The notes: generated by a model not told the origin, from the letters alone. Positions 1 through 10,733 are shown, counted from the stretch's first letter. The stretch is DNA of 64,000 nucleotides from Patescibacteria group bacterium (GCA_041651155.1 JBAZJU010000001.1:91932-155931), one strand, 5' to 3'. Program-made: numbers and translations.

Positions 1-2
1 AT

Positions 3-335
3 GCCGTCTCTATCTTTTGCGCCATTGAGGAATTAGGGAAATTAAGATTGATCTCAAAGGAGCTTCAGCAAAAATTAATTAAGGCGGCAATAAGGTATCG
101 TGAAAGTAACAAGGGACGAAAAAGGTTTGATTACATTGATTTGCAATCAACCATAAGAGTAACGACATTAGCTTATAGCAGCGCAATCTCCAGGCAGAAC
201 CCTTATAAGATTGAAATGCAGGCTATTTCAAAATGCCCGGATGCCGGAGTGTTGGCCGAAATTTTTTTTGAGGAAAAGCCCGAAAGTGAAGATTGGAAAA
301 TTTCTATCAGAAGTTGCAGCCAATGGAACGATTAA
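3..335 (+). CDS. 3' fragment of a hypothetical protein; the reading frame is open to the window start, and the ORF track places the start at TTG 48
   Basis: The ORF at 48..335 has no in-frame stop back to position 3. No recognisable motif. Confidence 0.3.
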   Translation, partial: AVSIFCAIEELGKLRLISKELQQKLIKAAIRYRESNKGRKRFDYIDLQSTIRVTTLAYSSAISRQNPYKIEMQAISKCPDAGVLAEIFFEEKPESEDWKISIRSCSQWND

Positions 336-564
336 TATCGTTCCTTTTTAATTATGCGAATTTCTGGATTAATGGCAGATGCCCACTTCCTTTGTTAAAA
401 ATAATGCGAATAAACTACGAATATTTCTAGACAAAAAATTGTTTAGAAATGGGCAATCTTTTTATTTTTATGGTATAATTATGGCAGTTGAAAGTTAGAA
501 AGTTTATAAAGTTGAAAGATATACTTTATGAACTTTCTACTTTTTAACTTTTAACTAAAATTCT

Positions 565-906
565 ATGACATTGCCAAATGTTAATGACCCTCAGGTCAAA
601 AAAGACATTGAGGAAAACAAATTAATTGCAGCTATCGGTTACATCGGGATTTTGTGTTTAATCCCGTTGCTTCTAAAGCCAAAATCTCAGTTTGCTAAAT
701 TTCACGGTAAGCAGGGTTTAATTTTAGTTATCGGAGAATTGATTAATATGATCATAGGAATTGTCCCAGTGATTGGCTGGTTTTTGGCCATGATCGGAGG
801 CATTGCTTTAATTATTTTAAGCATCTTGGGAATTTTAAAATCGCTTAACGGTGAATATTGGGAAATGCCGTATTTGGGAGAATATGCGAAGAAGATTAAT
901 ATTTGA
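565..906 (+). CDS. DUF4870-like small membrane protein
   Basis: Two to three TM helices and a KFHGKQGL-type motif characteristic of DUF4870. A TGgTATAAT extended -10 lies upstream at about 470-478. Confidence 0.5.
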   Translation: MTLPNVNDPQVKKDIEENKLIAAIGYIGILCLIPLLLKPKSQFAKFHGKQGLILVIGELINMIIGIVPVIGWFLAMIGGIALIILSILGILKSLNGEYWEMPYLGEYAKKINI

Positions 907-954
907 CGGATTAACACGAATTTAAGACGAATTTAAAATAAAAATAAAAAAAAT

Positions 955-1365
955 ATGGAATTGCTCTATAAAGATTTAAGCTACAGAGTTGTTGGCCTAT
1001 GTATAGAAATTTATAACACTTACGGCTCTTATCATAAAGAAATAGTTTACCATCGCTTGATAAAAGAGAAATTAGATTTAAATGGTATTGATAATATTTC
1101 TGAACCAAAAATTGACTTATATTCACAAGATTCTGGTAAGATTCCTGGTTGTTATGTGCCAGATTTTTTGATTGATAATAAAATTATATTAGAAATAAAA
1201 GCAACTAGAGTAAATTGTTTTAGAGATGAAGAGCAATTAATCCATTATTTAAAAGTTAGCAATTATGAGTTGGGGTATTTAATAAATTTTGGTTTAAGAA
1301 GTTTATATTTTAAAAGGTTAATATATACTAATGATAAAAAGAAAATCCATACAAAAATTCGTTAA
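955..1365 (+). CDS. GxxExxY family protein (PD-(D/E)XK nuclease-like)
   Basis: The N-terminus reads LSYRVVGLCIEIYNTYGSY..E.VY, which fits the TIGR04256 GxxExxY pattern. This family is common in CPR genomes. Confidence 0.5.
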   Translation: MELLYKDLSYRVVGLCIEIYNTYGSYHKEIVYHRLIKEKLDLNGIDNISEPKIDLYSQDSGKIPGCYVPDFLIDNKIILEIKATRVNCFRDEEQLIHYLKVSNYELGYLINFGLRSLYFKRLIYTNDKKKIHTKIR

Positions 1366-1397
1366 ATTTGTTTTAATTAGCGTTAATTAGTATAGCA

Positions 1398-2855
1398 ATG
1401 AAGCGTACAAAAATCGTTTGCACCATCGGCCCCAGTTCCAATAGTGAAAAGGTTTTAACCCAGTTAATAAAGGCCGGCATGAATGTCGCCAGGCTTAATT
1501 TTTCCCATGGAACATATCCGGAACATTCAAGAATTATTAAGTTAATCCGTAAGTTGAGTAAAAAATTTGATCAGCCAATTACCATACTCCAAGACCTCCA
1601 AGGACCAAGGATTCGCGTTGGATTTATTCCTGGCAAAGGTATTTTTTTAAAAACTGGCAAAAAAATTATTTTAACCACTGATTTGCAGGCTAAAACTATT
1701 TTGCCAGGGGAGCGTGTGCCTTCAAAAATTCCAGTCACTTATGACAAATTGCATTTGGATGTGAAAAAAGGCGAGCCAATTCTCCTGGCTGACGGAGTTG
1801 TAAAGTTGAAGGTTGTAAAGTTGAGCGGTAAGGATATTGAATGCTTAATTTTAAATGATGGGTTTATCAGCTCGCAAAAAGGAATTAATTTGCCTGAAAC
1901 AAGACTTTCCATTCCGACAATTACAACTAAGGATAAAAAGGATTTAGAGTTTGGCATTAAAAATAATGTTGACATGGTGGCCTTGTCTTTTGTGCGTACT
2001 GCCAAAGATGTTCAGGATTTGAAAAATATTATCCGCAAATTGGAAATTAAATTCCAGGGCAAAAAATCTCTGCCTACCCAGATCATTGTGAAAGTTGAAA
2101 AAAGGGAAGCAGTGAAAAATTTTAATCAGATTTTAAAAATTACTGATGGCGTGATGGTGGCGCGCGGTGATTTGGGAATTGAAATGCCAGAAGAAGATGT
2201 GCCTTTGGCGCAAAAAATGATGATTGAAAAATGTTTGAATGCTGCCAAGCCGGTCATTGTGGCTACGCAAATGTTGGAATCAATGATTCTAAATCCGCGG
2301 CCCACGCGGGCTGAAGTTTCAGATGTGGCTAATGCGGTGATTGATCACACTGATGCGGTTATGCTTTCTGGCGAAACAGCCGAAGGTAAGTATCCTATTG
2401 AATCTGTAAAGACTATGGCCATAATTTCCGAACGCACTGAAAAATCAAAATATGATGATTTCCAATTCCGTTTTATGTTCAAAGATAAGTTCCATACTGA
2501 TGATGCCATTTCCTCCAGCGCCAATTCTTTAGCTCGTAATTTAAAAGCCAAGGCAATTTTGGTCGCTTCGTTAACAGGTTATACGGGCCGCATTGTTTCA
2601 CGCTATCGTCCGGAACTGCCGATTTTAGTCACCACCAATAATGAAAAAGTCAGGCACCAATTAAATTTAAGCTGGGGAGTTGTGCCTTTTGTTTTGCCTA
2701 AATGCCAGACGATTGAAGATTTGATAGCCAAGGCTTTGATTTATATAAAAAATAAAAAATTCGTTAAAAGGGGTGATAAAATCATTATTATTGCCGGGTT
2801 TCCGCTTGGTAAAAGCGGGAATGTGAATTGGATAAAAATACAGGAAATTAAGTAA
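1398..2855 (+). CDS. pyk: pyruvate kinase
   Basis: TKIVCTIGPSS, NVARLNFSHG, the MVARGDLGIEMP active-site region and a C-terminal regulatory domain. Length 485 aa. Confidence 0.9.
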   Translation: MKRTKIVCTIGPSSNSEKVLTQLIKAGMNVARLNFSHGTYPEHSRIIKLIRKLSKKFDQPITILQDLQGPRIRVGFIPGKGIFLKTGKKIILTTDLQAKTILPGERVPSKIPVTYDKLHLDVKKGEPILLADGVVKLKVVKLSGKDIECLILNDGFISSQKGINLPETRLSIPTITTKDKKDLEFGIKNNVDMVALSFVRTAKDVQDLKNIIRKLEIKFQGKKSLPTQIIVKVEKREAVKNFNQILKITDGVMVARGDLGIEMPEEDVPLAQKMMIEKCLNAAKPVIVATQMLESMILNPRPTRAEVSDVANAVIDHTDAVMLSGETAEGKYPIESVKTMAIISERTEKSKYDDFQFRFMFKDKFHTDDAISSSANSLARNLKAKAILVASLTGYTGRIVSRYRPELPILVTTNNEKVRHQLNLSWGVVPFVLPKCQTIEDLIAKALIYIKNKKFVKRGDKIIIIAGFPLGKSGNVNWIKIQEIK

Positions 2856-2950
2856 TTGGTAATTAGTAAATGGTAATTGGTAAATTGTAAAATTCATTTG
2901 TTAGTAATTAGTAATTTGTAGTTGGTAAACAGTAAATTGAATAATTATTT
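2856..2950. repeat. Degenerate tandem GGTAATT(A/G)GTAAAT-type repeats upstream of the four-helix-bundle gene; an inverted copy lies at 3338-3370
   Basis: ggtaattagtaaatggtaattggtaaattg is upstream. The reverse complement of the downstream ttactaataaccatttaccaattac gives agtaattggtaaatgg. Confidence 0.6.
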
Positions 2951-2956
2951 ATAAAT

Positions 2957-3337
2957 ATGAAAATTACAAAGGTTGAGGATTTAAATGTTTGGCAGGAAGC
3001 AAGATTGTTTTGTAATGATATTTACGATTTGATTAAAAATTTTCCAGCCGACGAAAAATATAATATAGTTAGGCATTTAAGAGAAAATGCTCGTGGCATT
3101 CCGGCAAATATTGCTGAAGGATTTTATAGATATCATTATCAGGATAGTATAAGGTTTTATTTAATCGCCAGAGGTTGTATTGGTGAAATGAAGAGCGATT
3201 TATATATTAGTTTGGATAGGGGATATATTACTAAAGAAAAATTTGAAGATTTAAATAATAAAATTGAAAAAATTTTAATAATGTTAAATGGGATGATTAA
3301 ATCCACCAAAAATCAAATAAAAAACACCAATAACTAG
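2957..3337 (+). CDS. four-helix-bundle protein (TIGR02436, 23S rRNA intervening-sequence protein family)
   Basis: LRENARGIPANIAEGFYRY...FYLIARGCIGEMKSDLYIS motif set. Length 126 aa. Confidence 0.75.
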   Translation: MKITKVEDLNVWQEARLFCNDIYDLIKNFPADEKYNIVRHLRENARGIPANIAEGFYRYHYQDSIRFYLIARGCIGEMKSDLYISLDRGYITKEKFEDLNNKIEKILIMLNGMIKSTKNQIKNTNN

Positions 3338-3424
3338 TTACTAATAACCATTTACCAATTACTTTCCCCCAATTTTAGCCCCAAACGGGTTTTTTTTATT
3401 TTCAAATCTTATCCACACCTAAAA

Positions 3425-3456
3425 TAATTATTATATTGTATAAATTGTGATATAAT
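3425..3456 (+). promoter_or_regulatory. Candidate sigma70 promoter with an extended -10 (TGaTATAAT) for the giant surface-protein gene
   Basis: ttgTGATATAAT at 3448-3456, about 125 nt upstream of the ATG at 3582. Confidence 0.4.
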
Positions 3457-3581
3457 AAGGTTAGAAAAATTCAAAAATGATTAATTTATATATTGCGAAA
3501 AGAAAGGGAGAATACTTAAAGCAAGATTGTTTTGGGTGTGTTTATATTTTAATTAAATATTCATAAAATAAACTTTAATAT

Positions 3582-6500
3582 ATGTATAAGCTCAAAGGAA
3601 ATATAAGCAAATTTTTAATAAGCAGTTTGCTTCTGGGAATAGCCTTAAGTCCGCCAGGGGTTTTGGCAGCCACAACTATTGGAGCTGATATTACTACAGG
3701 TGGCAATTTACAAGTAGATGGAGGGTTGCAGTTTACAAGCGGCGCGGCGAACAATTATATCCTAAGTTCAGATGCGACGGGAAACGCCACCTGGATTTCA
3801 GTTGATACTTCATTGGGTACTTCAAATACAGACAGTTTGCCCCAAGGCGCAACTAACCTTTATTACTCTGATGCTGCTGTAGATGCGCGGATCACTTTGC
3901 AAAAAGGAGCCTTAAACGGCTTGGCAGAACTTGATGCCGGCGGCAAGGTGCCTTCGGGGCAATTACCAGCTATTGTAATTACTAATGTTTATGTGGTGGC
4001 TGACATAACTGCCAGAGACGCTTTAGTTGTTCAGACAGGAGATGTGGCAGTTGTTTTAGATGCTGGAGGAGGCGCAGGTGATTCAAGAACTTATATTTAT
4101 GATGGTACTGTTTGGCAGGAATTATTAGACCCGACAAATATATATCTTAGCAAAGCAAATAATCTATCAGATTTGACCAATGTTGCCTTAGCGCAAACTA
4201 ATTTGGGTTTGGGTACAACTGATACGCCGACATTTTCCGGCTTGATTCTTTCTAATTATCTTGATTTTACGCCAGGAGCGCCTCCTGTTTATAGCGAAGG
4301 TAGAGTCTTTTATGACAGTACAGATAAAGCTTTAACTTATTATAACGAAGCCTCAGCTGTGTCAGTTAGCCTTGGCCAAGAGGCCATGACCAGGGTTTAT
4401 AACCAGACGGGCAGCCAAATAAATAATGGCCAGGCGGTTTACATTAACGGAGCAAATGGAGACGTGCCGACCGTTGCTCTGGCCAAAGCGGATAGCATTA
4501 TTACTTCCAATGTCGTTGGTATCACAACCATGAATATCCCTGATGGCAGTTATGGCTATATTACTTTTTTTGGCTTAATACATGGCTTAAATACTGCAAT
4601 ATATTCCAGCGGAGATGAACTTTTTCTCTCAGATACCGTAGCCGGCGGATTTACGGCCACACGTCCCAACCAACCGAATATTAGCGTTCCTCTTGGCTTC
4701 ATTGTTAAACCAGGCGCGGGAAATGGCATAGTTTTAGCAGAAATTAGTGCATATAAACACGGAGCGCTTGAAGTAGGTACGGTCGCTTTTGGCGCAGCAA
4801 ACGGCTTAATAATGGGTGATCCAAATAATTTATTCTGGGATAATGCCACCAAGCGTCTGGGTATTGGCACTAATATCCCTAATTATACTTTAGACGTAGC
4901 CGGTGATATTAAAGCTGGTGATGGTTCTCTGGTTTTACTTGGCTCTCAAACAAATCCTGATCCAGCTGGAATTAACGGCGCCATGTATTATAATACCTCA
5001 ACTGACAAATTCCGCTGTTTTGAAAATAGCGTTTGGAAAGATTGCGCTGATCCCAGCACTATGCATACGCTTCAGTCTGTCTATGACAATGGCGCAACCA
5101 TTACAACAGCCGGGGCTGTAGATATTGGCTTCACATTATCATCAGGTAATTTCACTGTTTCAGGCGCAGGCTCGGTTGACTTAACGCCGACAGCGGCTTC
5201 CAGTTTTACTTCTGGAGATGCTCTAACACTAACAGCTGGCGCTGCCTCTACCTGGGGAACATCTACTGGGAATTTAAACCTGCAGGTAGCCGGTGCTGGT
5301 GCGACAGCTAATGTGCAAATAGGCGCGGGAGTTGCTTCAGCTACGCCTGATTTGCTTGTTTTAGATCTTGGTAGCGCTGAACCAGCTGGCAGCGCAGGCA
5401 GCATTTATTATAACTCCGGTACAAATAAATTTCGTTGTTATGAAAATGGGGTCTGGGTTAATTGTATTTCAGCTTCAGGCAGCGCAGTCCTTTCCGGCAT
5501 TACTGCCGCAACAGCAGGAAATAGCATAAATAATGGCGATAATGCCCAGGTATGGAATTGGTCATTGACCTCTTTGAATAAGATTGGGTTAAAAATCAGT
5601 GAAAATAGTGCTTCAACCGCAACTGGTACTCCTGCACTGATGGAAGCAAAAACCTTAGCCACTTCTACGGCTACACCCTTGCGCGTAATTAACCAAGGAA
5701 CAGGGCCAAGTTTTATTGTTGAAAATGCAGACAGTGATGCTACTCCTACTTTATATATTGAACCTGCCGGTGCATTACCTATCGTTCACACAGGCCATGT
5801 GGCTATTGGCAGTAATTTTTTTGATCCAACTGCCCCTGAAAAATTAAAAGTAGATTCTGGAACTGAAGATTCTTTTAATATCATCAGCGCTGCCGGTGAT
5901 CTAAATAATTATTTGCAGATTAATGTTACAAATAGGAATGCTGGTAACGATGCTTCTTCTGATTTGGTTGCTACGGCAGATAATGGCGATGAAAGTAATT
6001 ATTATGTGGATTTAGGTATTAATTCATCTGGCTATAGTAATCCTGCTTATTCAATTGGCGGTCCAGATGACTCTTATCTTTTAGCTCAAGGCGGGTTGGG
6101 AGCTGGCGGGAACTTGTCAGTTGGGACAGCTACAACTGGCACAGTTATAAAATTCCATACAGGCGGTTCAACAGCGGCTGATGAAAAGATGAGGATTGAG
6201 GATAGCGGAAATGTGGGTATCGGCACGACTTCGTTAAATGCAAGATTAGATCTGTCGCCTGCTACAGCTGATGCTTTAAGAATTGAGCCGTATGGCGCAG
6301 TTGCCGGTAATACTGGCAATTTGGAATTAATGGAACTGGCAGCTAATGGTTCTAATTATGTGGGCTTTAAAGCGCCTGACAGTATTGCCGCAAATGTGGC
6401 CTGGACATTGCCAAACGCTGATGGCACACCGAGCCAGGTTTTATCAACCGATGGGTTGGGGACATTGTCATGGTCCAGCGGCGCAACCAATTATTGGCAA

Positions 6501-9500
6501 AGAGTAGGGACTACTTTATCGCCCGCAACTGCCGGTGATGATGTTACGACTACTGGAAATATTTCCACTACCGGTGTTGGAACAATTACTTCAGCTGGTC
6601 TATTAACCGGCAGTTTAGGCTCAACCATATCTGGCGCAGCAATTAGTTTAAATGATAATAGCAATTTTAATACCACTATAAATACAGGCACTTCAACCGG
6701 AACAGTAACAATAGGCAGCGCCAATGCCGGAGCAATTCAAATAATCAGCGGTGCAGGTTTAACTTTAACCGGAGGAGCTGCTTCAAATATTAACACTACA
6801 GCAAGCGATCTTAGCTTTCAGCCGGCTGGGATAGGCACAACAGCCAATGTGCAAATCGGTGTTGGTCAGCCAGGTTCGACTACTCCGGATCTTTTGGGGT
6901 TAGATGTCAAAAGTACGGCAGGAGATCCTGCTTCTGGCGCAGATGGCGCAATGTATTATAATGAAAATTCAAATAAATTCCGTTGCCATGTAAACGGAGT
7001 ATGGGCTGATTGTGATACCACCGGTGGCACGGTTACTTTACAATCCGCTTACAATAGTGGCGCTACAATTACCACTGCAGGTGCAGTTGATCTGGCCTTT
7101 ACCTTAACCTCTGGCAATTTTACTGCTGCCGGGGCTGGTTCGGTCAATTTAACGCCCACGGGTGCTTCCAGTTTTACTTCTGGCGGAGCCTTAACCTTGA
7201 CTGGCGGCGCTGCTTCAACCTGGTCAACCAGCTCTGGAGCTTTGACTTTGACTTCAGCAATAGCCGCTACTTGGGGAACCACAGCCGGAGATTTACAATT
7301 ACAAGTAGCTGGCAGCGGTACAACAGCTAATATAAAAGTCGGCGCTGGTGGCGCTGGTTCAGCAACACCTGACTTATTTGCCCTGGACGTGAAATCAAGC
7401 GCAGGTGATCCGGCTGGCTATAATGGCGCCATGTATTATAATCAATCGTCTAATGTTTTCCGTTGTTATGAAGCAGGCGGCTGGAAAGATTGCGGCGCAA
7501 CAGGAACAGGAGCCGCGACTTTGCAACAGTCATATAATGCCGGGTCAACAATTACTACGGCAGGCGCAGTTGATCTGGCTCTAACTTTAACATCAGGCAA
7601 TTTCACTGCCACGGGCGCTGGTTCAGTTAATTTAACCCCAACGGGCGCCTCAAGCTTTACTTCCGGCGGAGCCTTAACTTTGACTGGCGGCGCAGCTTCT
7701 ACCTGGGGCACCTCAGCTGGCAATTTAGCTTTGCAGGTCGCAGGAACCGGGACAACTGCCAACGTACAAATAGGCGCTGGCGGTGCTGGTTCAACTACCC
7801 CTGATCTTTTGGCAATTGATGTAAAATCAGACGCTGGTGATCCCGCAGGATTTAACGGGGCTATCTATTACAATGCCAATGGTAACCGATTTCGTTGTTA
7901 TGAAAATGGAGCCTGGAAAGATTGCGATGCAGGCGTGGTGGCTTCTTTGCAGACAGCATATAATAACGGAGGAACTATAATAACAAATGGCAGCCCAATT
8001 GCTTTTACTTTGACTTCTGGTGATTTCACTGCTACAGGCGCAGGCGCAGTAAATTTAACTCCGACCAGCGCTTCCAGTTTTACTTCAGGAGGCGCTTTAG
8101 CATTGACCGGTGGCGCTGCCTCAACCTGGGGTACAAGCGCGGGAAATTTATCTTTGCAGTCAGCTGGCACTGGCACATCTGCTAATATTCAGATCGGCGC
8201 AGGCGGAGCAGGTTCAACTACGCCTGACAGCTTGGTGCTAGATATTAAGTCAGATGCCGGCGACCCGGCAGGCACAAACGGAGCCATGTATTATAATGCT
8301 AATACAAATAAATTTAGATGTTATGTAAATGGCGCTTGGCTTGACTGCGATATGAGATCAATCGGCACTGCCAAAGGAGACTTAATAGCTTATACGGCAA
8401 GCAATACTCCTGTTAGATTGCCAGTCGGCGGAACAAATGGTTTTATGTTAATGGTTGATTCAACCCAGGCAACAGGTATGAGATGGGGCGCTAATTTACC
8501 GACAGCTAATTCCATTGATTTTACTGAATTGAAAGACGCTATGACTGTTGATGCCAATACTTCAATAAATTTAGCCGGCAAAAATTTAACAATAAACGAT
8601 CTTACTGGCGGCGGCGCATTAAGCATGTCCACTAATGCTGCTGCTTTGACTTTAACTGCCGGTGCGGCTTCAACCTGGTCAACCACAGCCGGCGCATTAA
8701 CAATAAATTCAGGGACAACAACTCCTGCTGCTTTGAATTTAGGCAGTGCGGGAACAAATGCAGTAGCAATAGGCAATGCGGGCAGTACTTTTGCCCTGAC
8801 TTCCAGCGGCGGTTTAAATGTCTCAACTGGCGGCGCTTTAACAGGGGTGGCTTCACTTGATACGATTAGTACTTCAGCTACAGCATTAACTTTTGCAGGC
8901 GCTGGTTCTGTTTCACCAGGTGGCGCAAACAATTTAACGCTGGGTTCTACCAATACCACCTCAACTACAAACATCCAATCAGGAACAGGCAATATAAATT
9001 TAATGCCCGCAACTGCCGGCACAACCGCCAATGTACAAATTGGCGGGGGCGGGGCAGGTTCCGCCACCCCAGATCTTTTAGCTCTGGATGTAAAATCTAC
9101 CGCAGGTGACCCGGCCGGATTTAATGGAGCCATGTATTACAATGCCAGCGCAAACAAATTTAAATGTTATGAAAATAGCGCCTGGAAAGACTGTGATACT
9201 GCTGGGACGCAAACATTGCAAGCGGCCTATAATGGTGGTGCCACGATTACCACTTCAGGCGGCAGTGCTATTACCTTTACTACGCCAATAGGCTCAAATA
9301 ATGCAGGCTTAGTTATAAATCAAAATAATTCAACTAATAATCCTGTTGCCTTACAGATAACTAATGCCGGCACGGGCAATGATATTACCGCGACTAATTG
9401 GTCTGTGACTAAAGCAGGTAATCTTTCTACCAGCGGGAATATTACTACAACCGGTTCTGGCATAATTACTTCAGCGTCAACCTTGACTGCGTCAAATGGC

Positions 9501-10733
9501 TTTACCATGACAACAGGAGCCTTAGGTTTGACAGCGACATCTGGTTCAATCGGGTTGAGCGGTCTTACTACCACTTCAATTGTAAATACGGGCGCATTGA
9601 CTTTAACCGGCGGAGCCGCTTCAACTTTATCAACAACGGCAGGCAATTTAACCCTGCAGGCGGGTTCAGGCACAGTCAGTTTAGGAACTTCTACAAATTT
9701 AACAGCTGGAGGAGCGCTGACCATTGATTCAAATACCACTAGCGCACTTAATCTGGGGACTGGCGCAAATGCCAAGACAATCACGATGGGCAATAATACA
9801 GGCGCGACAAGTTTAGCTCTCAAGGCTGGAACAGGCAGCATATTAATGTCTGGACAGGCAACAGGCACATCCGCAACATTCATGGGCGTGCCGGTTAAAA
9901 CAGACGCTGGTGATCCTACGACAACTCAAATAAACGGCGCAATGTATTATAATTCAAATTCCAACAAATTCCGCTGTTTTGAAAACAGCGTCTGGAAAGA
10001 TTGCGATACGTCAGGAACGACGACTTTACAGCAAGCGTATAACGCGGGCGCAACTATTACTACCGCAGGCGCAACTGATTTGGCTTTAACCCTGGCCTCT
10101 GGCAATTTTACGGCAAGTGGAGCCGGATCTGTTAATTTAACGCCGACAGGTGCCTCAAGCTTTACTTCAGGCGGCGCTTTAACACTGACTGGCGGAGCTG
10201 CTTCTACCTGGTCAACTAGCGCTGGCAATTTAACTTTGCAAGCAGGTTCTGGCACTGTGAGTTTAGGAACTTCTACAAATTTAACAGCTGGAGGAGCACT
10301 GACTATTGATTCAAACACGACTAGCGCTCTCAATTTCGGCACGGGCGCTAATGCCAAGACAATCACTATCGGTAATTCAACTACTACAACAGCTTTAATA
10401 TTAGATGCAGGCACGGGTGGTGTTAAAATTGGCGATAGTACTGCCACGGCAATAACTAATCATTATTCAGCAACAGCTGCCTTAGATTTTGGTTCAATTG
10501 ATGGAGTTTGCACTTCACTAACGATTACAGTGACGGGCGCAGCAGCCGGAGATACAGCGATTGCAACTCCGACACCTGTTGCAGGCGGGATTGAAACTGG
10601 CACTGATTCAGTTTGGAATACCTATGTTTCAGCGGCTAATACTGTTACTGTTCGAGCCTGTGACACAAATCCCGCAGGTGGCGGCTTTAATGCTGCTTCT
10701 CAAACTTGGCGCGTAGATGTCTGGAAACATTAA
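3582..10733 (+). CDS. Giant secreted repetitive surface protein (2383 aa) with a signal peptide, a tail-fibre-like N-terminal region and eight ~150-aa Cys-pair repeats
   Basis: A single uninterrupted ORF with an N-terminal hydrophobic signal and G/T/A/S-rich composition. It has the LSKANNLSDLTNVALAQTNLGLG motif typical of phage tail-fibre proteins. The motif PDLL.LDVKS.AGDPAG.NGAMYYN...NKFRCYENG.WKDCD recurs eight times. Confidence 0.8.
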   Translation: MYKLKGNISKFLISSLLLGIALSPPGVLAATTIGADITTGGNLQVDGGLQFTSGAANNYILSSDATGNATWISVDTSLGTSNTDSLPQGATNLYYSDAAVDARITLQKGALNGLAELDAGGKVPSGQLPAIVITNVYVVADITARDALVVQTGDVAVVLDAGGGAGDSRTYIYDGTVWQELLDPTNIYLSKANNLSDLTNVALAQTNLGLGTTDTPTFSGLILSNYLDFTPGAPPVYSEGRVFYDSTDKALTYYNEASAVSVSLGQEAMTRVYNQTGSQINNGQAVYINGANGDVPTVALAKADSIITSNVVGITTMNIPDGSYGYITFFGLIHGLNTAIYSSGDELFLSDTVAGGFTATRPNQPNISVPLGFIVKPGAGNGIVLAEISAYKHGALEVGTVAFGAANGLIMGDPNNLFWDNATKRLGIGTNIPNYTLDVAGDIKAGDGSLVLLGSQTNPDPAGINGAMYYNTSTDKFRCFENSVWKDCADPSTMHTLQSVYDNGATITTAGAVDIGFTLSSGNFTVSGAGSVDLTPTAASSFTSGDALTLTAGAASTWGTSTGNLNLQVAGAGATANVQIGAGVASATPDLLVLDLGSAEPAGSAGSIYYNSGTNKFRCYENGVWVNCISASGSAVLSGITAATAGNSINNGDNAQVWNWSLTSLNKIGLKISENSASTATGTPALMEAKTLATSTATPLRVINQGTGPSFIVENADSDATPTLYIEPAGALPIVHTGHVAIGSNFFDPTAPEKLKVDSGTEDSFNIISAAGDLNNYLQINVTNRNAGNDASSDLVATADNGDESNYYVDLGINSSGYSNPAYSIGGPDDSYLLAQGGLGAGGNLSVGTATTGTVIKFHTGGSTAADEKMRIEDSGNVGIGTTSLNARLDLSPATADALRIEPYGAVAGNTGNLELMELAANGSNYVGFKAPDSIAANVAWTLPNADGTPSQVLSTDGLGTLSWSSGATNYWQRVGTTLSPATAGDDVTTTGNISTTGVGTITSAGLLTGSLGSTISGAAISLNDNSNFNTTINTGTSTGTVTIGSANAGAIQIISGAGLTLTGGAASNINTTASDLSFQPAGIGTTANVQIGVGQPGSTTPDLLGLDVKSTAGDPASGADGAMYYNENSNKFRCHVNGVWADCDTTGGTVTLQSAYNSGATITTAGAVDLAFTLTSGNFTAAGAGSVNLTPTGASSFTSGGALTLTGGAASTWSTSSGALTLTSAIAATWGTTAGDLQLQVAGSGTTANIKVGAGGAGSATPDLFALDVKSSAGDPAGYNGAMYYNQSSNVFRCYEAGGWKDCGATGTGAATLQQSYNAGSTITTAGAVDLALTLTSGNFTATGAGSVNLTPTGASSFTSGGALTLTGGAASTWGTSAGNLALQVAGTGTTANVQIGAGGAGSTTPDLLAIDVKSDAGDPAGFNGAIYYNANGNRFRCYENGAWKDCDAGVVASLQTAYNNGGTIITNGSPIAFTLTSGDFTATGAGAVNLTPTSASSFTSGGALALTGGAASTWGTSAGNLSLQSAGTGTSANIQIGAGGAGSTTPDSLVLDIKSDAGDPAGTNGAMYYNANTNKFRCYVNGAWLDCDMRSIGTAKGDLIAYTASNTPVRLPVGGTNGFMLMVDSTQATGMRWGANLPTANSIDFTELKDAMTVDANTSINLAGKNLTINDLTGGGALSMSTNAAALTLTAGAASTWSTTAGALTINSGTTTPAALNLGSAGTNAVAIGNAGSTFALTSSGGLNVSTGGALTGVASLDTISTSATALTFAGAGSVSPGGANNLTLGSTNTTSTTNIQSGTGNINLMPATAGTTANVQIGGGGAGSATPDLLALDVKSTAGDPAGFNGAMYYNASANKFKCYENSAWKDCDTAGTQTLQAAYNGGATITTSGGSAITFTTPIGSNNAGLVINQNNSTNNPVALQITNAGTGNDITATNWSVTKAGNLSTSGNITTTGSGIITSASTLTASNGFTMTTGALGLTATSGSIGLSGLTTTSIVNTGALTLTGGAASTLSTTAGNLTLQAGSGTVSLGTSTNLTAGGALTIDSNTTSALNLGTGANAKTITMGNNTGATSLALKAGTGSILMSGQATGTSATFMGVPVKTDAGDPTTTQINGAMYYNSNSNKFRCFENSVWKDCDTSGTTTLQQAYNAGATITTAGATDLALTLASGNFTASGAGSVNLTPTGASSFTSGGALTLTGGAASTWSTSAGNLTLQAGSGTVSLGTSTNLTAGGALTIDSNTTSALNFGTGANAKTITIGNSTTTTALILDAGTGGVKIGDSTATAITNHYSATAALDFGSIDGVCTSLTITVTGAAAGDTAIATPTPVAGGIETGTDSVWNTYVSAANTVTVRACDTNPAGGGFNAASQTWRVDVWKH
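4975..10025 (+). repeat. Intragenic tandem repeats, eight units of about 430-480 nt, each encoding the MYYN..FRCYENG.WKDC motif; a near-identical ~200-nt sub-duplication lies at 9590-9790 and 10170-10370
   Basis: The motif occurrences start near nt 4984, 5404, 6950, 7430, 7863, 8287, 9130 and 9945. The last two sub-blocks are about 90% identical at the DNA level. Confidence 0.75.

Noticed and set aside
702-1126. Antisense ORFs 702..917 and 911..1126 on the - strand
   Set aside because: They lie opposite the DUF4870 and GxxExxY genes and are AT-rich low-complexity.
4556-10447. About ten antisense ORFs of 70-250 aa inside the giant surface-protein gene (for example 8390..9133 on the - strand, 9320..9883 on the - strand)
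   Set aside because: They are the low-complexity reverse-frame shadows (Ala/Pro/Val-rich) of a G/A/T-rich repetitive coding strand. The + strand ORF is continuous over 7.1 kb.
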